A DNA stretch of 57,595 nucleotides, the filler included, from Basidiobolus meristosporus CBS 931.73 (lineage: Eukaryota > Fungi > Basidiobolomycota), in the NCBI GenBank assembly GCA_002104905.1. It is 2 parts of 2 records of this genome, joined end to end, with 100 filler letters (N's around TTAATTAATTAA, not from the genome) between each part and the next. Parts side by side here need not be neighbours in the genome. Positions count along the whole stretch, not along the records: positions 28,442 to 57,595 come from MCFE01000872.1; 1 more part is not named here. The stretch is one strand, 5' to 3'. A model generated the notes under the pieces. It was not told the DNA's origin, did not search any database, and worked only from the letters and a program-made list of their open reading frames with translations. Of this stretch, positions 49,229-57,595 are shown one piece after another. The stretch's first letter is position 1; every line of letters begins with the position of its first letter. Made by a program: the position numbers and the translations under genes.

Positions 49229-50644
49229 TCACTTCTGAAGGTACTTGTACTCCAAGTCTTTTAGGCGAATCTCTTTCTCGAGTTCAAGTTCCCGGAGTCG
49301 TATCTCCCGGTCAAATTCAAGCTGTTTGAGGCGGATTTCCCGATCGATCTCCAGTGCCCTCTCTCTGACGCGGATTTCTCTCTCTTTGAACATTACTATT
49401 TGGCTATGCATCTCCGAGTTTGGGTGACGAAGAATATCCTCCAAATCCAATGGTGGCGGATTAGCAGGCTGCTCCTCGAGCCGCGGTCGCTTGGCCATAG
49501 GCAGGTTGGTGTTATTGGATATCGGCGATTGAGAAGGTTCCGGCTCAACGGTGCTGGGCAACGAAGGCATCGGATTAGTGCTTGGCTTTTCGGAGAATTG
49601 AATAACATTGCTCGGTTGGAAGTGATGAAACAGCGGATAGCCGTTGGTGTTGGAGTCGGTTAATTGAAGTGACTTGGCAGGGAAGGGTGCACTCGGCCCC
49701 CCGTTCTCCTCCGAGTGGTTGAGGTCGACGTTCGAACTGTTGCTGTCGCTCTCGGAAGCCGCGCCATCATGATTAGACCGGAAGATATGATCCAGCTGCT
49801 TGAAGTAAACCCAGGTGGCCGCGCCATTGTTGTTGGGAGTCGGGCTTTGGCGGATGTCATGGTATCTGCGCACCATTTTCTTCAGCTTGTTGTTGATTTG
49901 TAAAGAGGTCACTCCCGGTAATAGTTGGGATGCTTTCTCATAAAAATCGGTCTTCTTCCGAGAGTAAAGATCGAAGTGCTTTTCGAGGCAGTCAAGAAGT
50001 CGCTGCACTTCGGTGTGTGTCCAAATGAACACATCGGTGCTGCGTCTCCCTGCATTGAAAAACGCCATCACCTTTTCGCGTGTGTCCCCTCCGGGCACAA
50101 CCGCAGTGTAGTTCGAGGTGGTGGAGAATTTTATCGGAGTGGTGCTTGCTGCCAACTCTTGCTGTTGGGGAGCCAGTGTGGTTCCGGTCATGCTAGGAGG
50201 AGAAAGAGGCACCCCTAGCCCCACCTCACTAGCCACCGTTTGCGAGAAATCATCCGGGCCAAAGTGGGCACGAAGAATACGATCGATTTTCTCGTAGTAT
50301 CTCCATGGATTGTAATAGTCGGCACCTGCCTGACTTGCTTCATTAAGGATAGTGCGATACCTGAGAAAAAGTTTCTTGAATTTGTTCTTGATCTGCATAG
50401 GGCTTATCCCTTCGAAAAGGACTGCAGCCTTATTGTAGAAGTCCGTTTTCTTTTCTCTATATTCACTGAAGTTCTCGTTTAGAAAATCGAGCAGTTTATC
50501 AACATCCGAATCACTCCAGCTGATGGGATGGTTTTTTTGGGGAAAGAAGCTAATGTTCATTTTGCTGTCAACATCCATCTCCTGCGGAGAATCCGCCTTC
50601 TTGATGGGGATAGCGAGGGATTGCGGAGCAGGCTCCTTCAACAT
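49229..50644 (-). CDS. Protein with two Myb/SANT-like (trihelix/MADF-type) domains and a C-terminal charged coiled coil (471 aa)
   Basis: Repeat 1 WSDSDVDKLLDFL...KKTDFYNKAA...QIKNKFKKL...WRYYEKIDRIL; repeat 2 WTHTEVQRLLDCL...KKTDFYEKAS...QINNKLKKM...WVYFKQLDHIF; tail of (D/E)REIRL-like repeats. Confidence 0.85.
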   Translation of the reverse strand: MLKEPAPQSLAIPIKKADSPQEMDVDSKMNISFFPQKNHPISWSDSDVDKLLDFLNENFSEYREKKTDFYNKAAVLFEGISPMQIKNKFKKLFLRYRTILNEASQAGADYYNPWRYYEKIDRILRAHFGPDDFSQTVASEVGLGVPLSPPSMTGTTLAPQQQELAASTTPIKFSTTSNYTAVVPGGDTREKVMAFFNAGRRSTDVFIWTHTEVQRLLDCLEKHFDLYSRKKTDFYEKASQLLPGVTSLQINNKLKKMVRRYHDIRQSPTPNNNGAATWVYFKQLDHIFRSNHDGAASESDSNSSNVDLNHSEENGGPSAPFPAKSLQLTDSNTNGYPLFHHFQPSNVIQFSEKPSTNPMPSLPSTVEPEPSQSPISNNTNLPMAKRPRLEEQPANPPPLDLEDILRHPNSEMHSQIVMFKEREIRVRERALEIDREIRLKQLEFDREIRLRELELEKEIRLKDLEYKYLQK

Positions 50645-52556
50645 AGCAGCAGGGGAAAGTGAGATATTCTATGGTTGGGCTAGAGAGAGGGAAATAGGCG
50701 GTGGAAGGCACTTGACATAAAAAGTTGATCAGCCTTTGAGAAAGTGCTACCTGTGCTAAGACAAATCTTGATTTATCGGTGATACATCAATGACAAATTG
50801 GATCGCTCATCAATCCATGGAATTTAGTATATCAAGAACTCTAGACCACTCCTGATCGCTCCTGTACAGAAATTTTTGCACCCAGTATTGGCTTGACATT
50901 GGTGGTGTTCGGCGAATATTCCGCATCTCGACGCCCATGGGAGCATTCCGGCCAGCTGGAAGTTGAATGGCCCCGCAGGAAATGAGCTCGCCCAGGGAAC
51001 AGACCGGGTACCATGAATCAGCAGTTCGGCCGGGTAACCGGCAGACCCCAGGGCTCTTCGTCAGACCTTGAAGCGGTCCCGCCTGAGCCGTTCGGATGTC
51101 ACCGTATCCCGTAGGGTCTGGAATGTGGGAATTCCAGATGCAGAATCCCCAGTGGTGTGAGTAGTTGATCGCGGTTCCATACGGCTGTTAATGGGGACGG
51201 TGGTTCTCCATAAACACGAACGGGGTCAGTCCAATAGCCAACTATCCCTTCATTTAGTTAGCTTATTGACACTTCAGCGCAATGAATATCGATTGGCCGG
51301 ATAAATAACTGTCCGACTGATGTCACCCCATGGTGTTCGGATCGTTGGTGATCAGGGCAGTGTTCAGTGTTGGCATGCATCTAGGCCTATCTAGATAGAT
51401 ACGAGTGCTGAATTCATCCTACACTTGGTTCATTCTCACCAGCCTTTATGCATGGCCTTACTATCAGCTACGCGAATTGAGAGCCCGGCCATCCGAAAGA
51501 AGCCTTACTATCTAATGCTCCTACCAACAAGCCCAGGCAGGGATTTGTAGCAGCGTCTTGGTCAACACGCCAGTAACCATCCAGCTGATGGGCGCTATAT
51601 GCTGTTATATTCTAGATTAGTAAGCGGTAGCTGGTTGACAATCGAAGCGAGCGCTGCATATGTGGGAATACAGGCTTTAATCTGACGTATTTTGCGAACT
51701 GCTGCGAATCACCGCTATTCACTTGATAATTTAACATCGCCCTGTGGCTGTAATCCAGGATGATGCCTGTGTTCCAAGTCCAAGTCCAAGCCAATGAATT
51801 GCTAATATACGGGGCGTATCTAGAGATCATGCGAATATGAACGCCAGGTGGGATGATGAGATCTGTCTCGGTTCAGGGAGCTATTGACGAAAACTTGACT
51901 GATGGATGTTCCTAGGATTATTGGGGTGTTGCCGATGGAGTTGCTGTCGTACTGCATTCAAGAAATTCTTTTCTGGAGCATTTAGAAATGGCAATCCCAT
52001 GTTATTGGCCAAAATTGGCCAACATCGACGAGCGTTATTCTGGAGATAGGTAGAGAGCTTTCTTCGTCAGCCCCTCTCTCCAGCTAGGCTTGGTCCTCAT
52101 CCGTGGTAAAATCCATGCCAAGATCGCCAGGATCACGTGAAATAAACCTTTCGATTATTGTTGCATGTTGCGACCCCCACACAAAATCCAGACCCGTGCT
52201 CCAAATATGCCATAGCACCGTATACTTCTTTGTGTATAGTCATCGTGTCGCCTTACTGTTCTTGTTTGATATGGGGAGTTGGACTGGTGGGGGATATTCC
52301 CGCCACTCACATTGTCTCTGTAAGCAAACCCAATTTATCCTAGTCCTTGCTGGTTGGCCTAGCTCATGCGTAATGAATAGCTACAATGCTGATTGCTTAG
52401 CACCACTGTGAAGTGCCAGGTATTTTCAGATATAAGGTAGAACAACTGGGCATAGATGTTGCAATGTACTTATTGAATCTTATATTGTGAAGATGCAGAG
52501 TTGAGTAAGTGAGGAGGCAATCTACCACCCAGAGCGGGTGAATGCCATACAGCAAA

Positions 52557-53459
52557 CTATTCCTCACGTGTCAATGGCAAATCCTGTAATTGTCGTTCTT
52601 CCTCACTCATGTTATATCCGAAGTAGTCTCTTAAAGCATCAACGCGCTCACGTTCGTTGCGAAGTGTGCGTCTTTCCTTTACATCTGCACCCCAGCGTAC
52701 TTTTAGCTTATCAGCCTCGATAGAAACACGTGATCCGTCCCGACGACTGCGAAATACTCTGATCATTCTTTTGAATATGGATTTCTGGTTCAAGGACGTG
52801 TAATAATTGCCAACCTCAAAGTCGCTCTCATACGCTTCTTCGTCGACGAAGAAATAATCGGGCATCCAGCGGTCGCCTTGCCAATGCTGAAATTCCCAAC
52901 CTACGCTGGCTCCGTGCTTTGATTTTGGGTGGATCTTTTGCACTAGTCTGGAAATGGCTGCGCCGTTCAACTCGTTTGCTGGTTGATCATTGAGTACTGG
53001 CAGGGGAAAGAAAAAGCCGTTCGTACCAAATCCAATATCACAAATGTATTTTTCTCCGTCAATTATAGCGATGGAGATGCGATGCGATAGTCGTCCATAT
53101 TCAGTAGCTCCATCCTCAAGGAGATGGGCTATTCGTGCAGAGCACGGATAAACTTTAAATCCGATTCTCTCCAATACTAAATAGAACAGCCCATTCAGCT
53201 GATAGCAATAGCCACCTCGGTTCTCTAGTACCTGTCGTCGATACATCCCTTGAGGGGTTATATCGGCAATCCTCGACTCAGTGCAGTGCAGTGACAAATT
53301 TTCAAAGGGAAACTTGGTTAATGCAGCAAAATGTAACTGGCGAAGAGTCTCCAAAGTAGGTTGAGGAAATTCGGTAACGTCATGGACTTTGCTGAACTCA
53401 ATGTATTTCAAATAAGCCAATATCTGTTCGTCGGTCAGGCTCTCTTCAGTGCGAGTCAT
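52557..53459 (-). CDS. Arylamine N-acetyltransferase family protein (300 aa, intronless)
   Basis: PTLETL, PFENL, RGGYC (catalytic Cys), SHR (His) and CDIGFG (Asp) give the complete NAT triad in order. Confidence 0.93.
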   Translation of the reverse strand: MTRTEESLTDEQILAYLKYIEFSKVHDVTEFPQPTLETLRQLHFAALTKFPFENLSLHCTESRIADITPQGMYRRQVLENRGGYCYQLNGLFYLVLERIGFKVYPCSARIAHLLEDGATEYGRLSHRISIAIIDGEKYICDIGFGTNGFFFPLPVLNDQPANELNGAAISRLVQKIHPKSKHGASVGWEFQHWQGDRWMPDYFFVDEEAYESDFEVGNYYTSLNQKSIFKRMIRVFRSRRDGSRVSIEADKLKVRWGADVKERRTLRNERERVDALRDYFGYNMSEEERQLQDLPLTREE

Positions 53460-54189
53460 TACGGCTGTTTCTAGGACGTGGTTATTTTAGTGAACAGGCA
53501 AGCTTCGCGTTTTGTGAAAGGCTTTACGTACCTTTTGAAATGAAGATGTCGATGCTATTTTGGTGCAGTTATGTGGTGTATTGCCAACCTTACTGGGCTT
53601 ATATTAAATACGTCAAGCCTGGTTCATGACGATAAAGATTAGTAAGCGTCCTGAGTAATATAAAGGGCATGACCTGATATATATGCTTGTGAACTTGCAA
53701 AAAATATCCATGTTAAATCTGGTTTTATAGTAGTACGCATTTCTTATTTTTATTGATATCTATTGCAATGCTTCAGAATATCACAACATATGCTTCATGC
53801 CATTTCCCGAATATCAAGCTTGAATAACTGACAACCCAAACTTACAGTTAGTGGCATCATGTACATCTGTAGTCTTTTCCTCTTATTCTATTATTAGACT
53901 AATTTTCACCAGGGATATAGATATGGTAATTATGTCACCTTACTATATGTAACTTCTTCTAACACACTTAGGTGCTATGTAGCAAAGCAGCTACATAAAG
54001 GAGTAAAAAAGAGAAGAGAATTATTATTTTCAATCAGAATACAAAGAAGCCAAAGCCAAGTTGGAATCCGATAGAAATTAAGTAGTGGAGAAAGGCATAA
54101 AAATACTCAAAATACCAATGATCTGAGGAGCAAAATAAGGCAATATAAAAGGTACTCAAATGCTATAGTGATAAAGACTACTATCCTCT

Positions 54190-54640
54190 AAAGGGGTGAA
54201 GGTGTTGTAAATTTTGTAATTACACCTGGATTTTACATCAGTTTAGTGACATGGAACATTGTCTACAAGCTTTAGTGAATTCTGGCCAAATTCTAAAGCA
54301 TCTGGTTTCAAGAACATGAAGTATCTCTAGCCCATTATAGAGTGACAATTTGAATATCTTAGGTCATAGTTGGGACTAATTAATATGAGTGCTTAGACGG
54401 GTAGGAGTATTGTACAATTTGTAGTTACACATATATATTCACCTAGTTATAAATCTTAGATAACTCAGACCAAATTCCTGTTGGGATTTACTTGGAAAAT
54501 CTTCAGCATAATATTAGGCACCCTGGACATGACATTTCCAAAAGTTGTTCAAGAGTACTAAACTTTACACACATATCACTGGTACCTGAGCATACTCTTC
54601 ATGTGGCTTTCCCAAAACTATGTAGAAGTATGAATACTAA
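54190..54640 (+). repeat. Two degenerate 3'-LTR relics, each preceded by a PPT-like tract
   Basis: AGGGGTGAAGG|TGTTGTAAA near 54200 and GGGTAGGAG|TATTGTACAA near 54410; the second aligns with LTR-A (GACCAAATTCCTGTTGGGATTTACTT). Confidence 0.55.
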
Positions 54641-54697
54641 CTCTGGGTTAGGGGGAGGAAAGTCACCATATGGTGAAGTCTTAATTTTACTTATTAC

Positions 54698-54748
54698 TGT
54701 TGTAAGAGTCTTGGAGATATTGGAAGTGATTGGGAAACAAGTGGATTA
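54698..54748 (-). repeat. Terminal 51 bp of an inverted LTR-A, interrupted by the next element
   Basis: TGTTGTAAGAGTCTTGGAGATATTGGAAGTGATTGGGAAACAAGTGGATTA matches the start of 56560-56909. Confidence 0.85.
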
Positions 54749-56487
54749 TGTTGTAAAAATTTGGAATTCCACCTAAATATTCCCCTAACTTAGTCACTTA
54801 GATCATTACCTTCAAATCCTAGAGAATACTGACCAAATTTCTTGTTGGGATTTACTTTGAATATTTTCACCAAAATACTAGGTACCTAGAACATGAAAAT
54901 TCTCAAAGTTAACCAAGCAGCCCCAAACTTGGCACACATGTCCTTGGGACCATCCTTAACCTATTCTATGTGTTTGCAATGCCAAGATCATGTAAAAGTT
55001 TAAAACTACTTTTACATTCAATAAATCATCAAGTGAAAACCACATAATCTACTTGTTCTTCCAATCACTTCCAATATCTCCAAGACTCTTACAACAGGTT
55101 ATGAGCTCTAAGCTGTTACTCTCTGCAGTGTCTACTACTGCTATTACTGGAATTTTTCCCACTGCTGAGAAGTTGGATGGATCTAACTACCAAGTGTGGA
55201 AGGTAAAGATGAAGATGCTGCTACAAGAAAGAGGCCTTTGGGATATTGTCATGGGAGAAGAATGCCCTCCTAAAAATGTGGGAGAGGAAGCCTTAAAGTA
55301 CCAGAAGAAAGGACAAAGTGCCTTTAACTGCATTTGCCTTAATGTTAAGGACAAATTGCTAATTCAATGCTCAAGAGCAAAATGGCAAAGAATACCTGGA
55401 ATGCATTAGAAGACACCTACCAGTCATGTTTAGCGGCTAAGAAAATGTATCTGAGACAAAAATTCTTTACTACAAAGATGCTGCCAGGAGAAGAAATGAA
55501 AAATCTAATTAACAGAATTACCCTGCTGGTAGATGAAATGGAATCTATGGGTGTACCAATTACTGATGAGGATGTGATAGTTACCATCCTGAATAGCCTG
55601 ACAGATGAGTTTCAGGGCCTTGTATCAGCTCTAGAGTCCAGATCTGAAGATTTGACCTTAAATTACATATATGGAAGGCTCCTTGATGAAGAATTAAGAA
55701 AATCAGGTTCCAATAAGAAGGAAGAAGAAAATGCTTTAATAAGCAATGTTAACCAACAAAGGAGGTACCCAAGACCCTACAAAGGCAACAGCAACCTGTT
55801 TTGCAACTACTACAAAGGGAAAGGACACACATCAGACAGGTGCTTCAAAAAGAAAGATAGTCAGCAGAAAAAGCCTGAATATGGAAATGCTGCAACAACT
55901 GAAGATAGACTATTCATATCTGCACTAAATATGACCACAAACAAGGATTCTCAGACGTGGTATATTGACTCTGGAGCTTCTCAACACTTTACACACCAAA
56001 AAGAACTTTTTACCCAATATCAAGAAATTCCAATTAAGAAGGTTTTCATGGGTGACAATAGAACACTTGATGCAGTGGGAGAAGGAACAATCCAAGTAAA
56101 CCTAAGAAGCAGTGAAGGAAGTCATACACTAACCTTTAAAGAAGTACTCTATGTACCAGAAATAGCCAGGAACCTACTATCTGTATGCAATGCCACTGCA
56201 AAAGGACTCAGTTTCAGCTTTGACTGTTCTGTCTGCAAGATCACTGACCAAAATGGTGCCCATATTGCTTTGGGTATCATGGATTAGAATCTATACAAGT
56301 TGACTTATATTCCATCTTATTTGGAAGCCAATATAAGTAACTTAAATGAAGAAACACCAATGCTTTGGCACTGGAGATTTGGGCACATCAATTTTGATTA
56401 TTTGTGCAAAATGATCAGAGATCAGCTAATATCTGGAGTAAAAATTGATCCCCCAGCTAATTTGGAGCACTGTGAAGCCTGCATATT
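54749..56487 (+). mobile_element. Young Copia family A element, 5' part: LTR 54749-55096, PBS 55097-55108, gag-PR-GAG_pre-integrase, truncated
   Basis: ATG at 55101 inside PBS GGTTATGAGCTC; KLDGSNYQVWKVKMKMLL..RGLWDIV, UBN2-like gag, knuckle CNYYKGKGHTSDRC, WYIDSGASQH, LWHWRFGH, HCEAC; one frameshift near 55370 and one stop at 56285. Confidence 0.95.
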
Positions 56488-56559
56488 GTTATGACTAGAC
56501 ACAAAGCAGGAGAGTAGGGCTAGGTAAGGCAGGACCAGCAAAGGACTTAGGTGTGGATC

Positions 56560-57379
56560 TGTTGTAAGAGTCTTGGAGATATTGGAAGTGATTAGGAGAA
56601 CAAGTAGATTATGTGGTTTTCACTTAATGATTTATTGAATGTAAAAGTAGTATTTATACATTTACATGGTCTTGGCATTACAAACATGTAGAATAGGTTA
56701 AGGAAGGTCCCAAGAACATGTGTGCAAAGTTTGGGGCTGTTTGGACAACTTTGAGAATTTCCATGTTCTGGGTACCTGGTATTTTGGTGAAAAATATTCT
56801 AAGTAAATCCCAACAAGGAATTTGGTCAGTATTCTCTAGGATTTGAAGGTGATGATCTAAGTGACTAAGTTAGGTGAATATTTAGGTGGAATTACGAATT
56901 TTTACAACACTCCCACTCAGCTAAATGTTCATACTAACTATTCCTAATTTTGACCTAAGATATTCAAACTTATCTCTAGCTAATGGTTTGGTAAATATGT
57001 CTGCAATCATTTCATCTGTAGGACAGTAAACTAAGCTAACTAAGTTATTCTCTATAGCTTCTTGTATGAAATGATGTCTAATATCTATGTGCTTGGTTCT
57101 AGCATGAAAAGTTGGATTTCTACCTAATTGTATACCTCCTTGATTATCTTGAAATAAAGTAATAGGCGTTTTTTGACATAGGCCTAAATCTGTTAAGAGT
57201 TTTCTTAACCACATTGCTTCTTTTGTAGCTTCACAGGCTGCCATATACTCTGCCTCTGTGGTGGAAAGTGCTACGGTTGGTTGCTTTCTTGAATTCCATG
57301 AAATTGCTCCTTTACAATAAAGAAAGGTGTATCCTGTGGTGGATCTTCTGTCTTCCAAATTTCGTCCCCAATCTGCATC
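56560..57379 (-). mobile_element. Copia family A element, 3' part: RNase H, PPT (56910-56918), 3' LTR (56560-56909)
   Basis: DADWGRNLEDRRSTTGY...ISWNSRKQPTVALSTTEAEYMA...DNQG...RTKHIDIRHHF...ADIFTKPL; GAGTGGGAG precedes TGTTGTAA; left flank GGATC. Confidence 0.96.
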
Positions 57380-57595
57380 TTAGGGTTAGGGTTAGGGTTA
57401 GGGTTAGGGTTAGGGTTAGGGTTAGGGTTAGGGTTAGGGTTAGGGTTAGGGTTAGGGTTAGGGTTAGGGTTAGGGTTAGGGTTAGGGTTAGGGTTAGGGT
57501 TAGGGTTAGGGTTAGGGTTAGGGTTAGGGTTAGGGTTAGGGTTAGGGTTAGGGTTAGGGTTAGGGTTAGGGTTAGGGTTAGGGTTAGGGTTAGGG
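57380..57595 (+). repeat. Telomeric repeat (TTAGGG)36
   Basis: 216 bp of perfect TTAGGG running to the window end, G-rich strand 5'->3' toward the terminus. Confidence 0.99.

Noticed and set aside
51090-51125. Minus-strand TGYGDI resembling a K+ channel pore motif
   Set aside because: No flanking transmembrane helices and the frame closes quickly.
3547-56559. Possible AATC/GATT target preference of Copia family A (CAATC, GATTA, GGATC)
   Set aside because: The fourth site (TCAGA at 14369) does not fit, and two sites have only one surviving flank; too weak.
54749-57379. Reading the two telomere-proximal Copia parts as one intact element
   Set aside because: They are in opposite orientation, integrase core and RT are missing, and an unrelated 70-bp piece separates them.

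Overview
Right-hand end of a eukaryotic, very probably fungal, chromosome. Short GT-AG introns, gene content and (TTAGGG)n suggest an early-diverging lineage (inference). The window alternates sharply in composition. (1) 1-25.3 kb is an almost CpG-free nest of decayed transposons: Copia LTR retrotransposons, solo LTRs of at least five families, CACTA-like transposase relics and a repeated ORF family of unknown function. It ends in an uninterrupted PIF/Harbinger/IS5-like transposase ORF with no CpG at all. (2) 25.4-28.3 kb is CpG-containing and holds an ORF split by a young solo LTR, then an artificial 100-bp scaffold gap. (3) 28.4-53.5 kb is CpG-normal host sequence: a cAMP-receptor-like GPCR, a small membrane protein, a multi-exon carnitine acetyltransferase, an unknown helical protein, a double Myb/SANT-like protein and an arylamine N-acetyltransferase, with one small CpG-poor TE island at 35.1-36.9 kb. 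(4) 53.8-57.4 kb is a stack of nested Copia elements, the last cut at the start of its RNase H and capped directly by 36 TTAGGG repeats. No rRNA, tRNA or CRISPR array was found. The best leads are the CpG-free but intact transposase, apparent CpG-centred targeting by one LTR family, and the telomere-on-retrotransposon junction. All family calls rest on motif recognition by eye; no searches were run.
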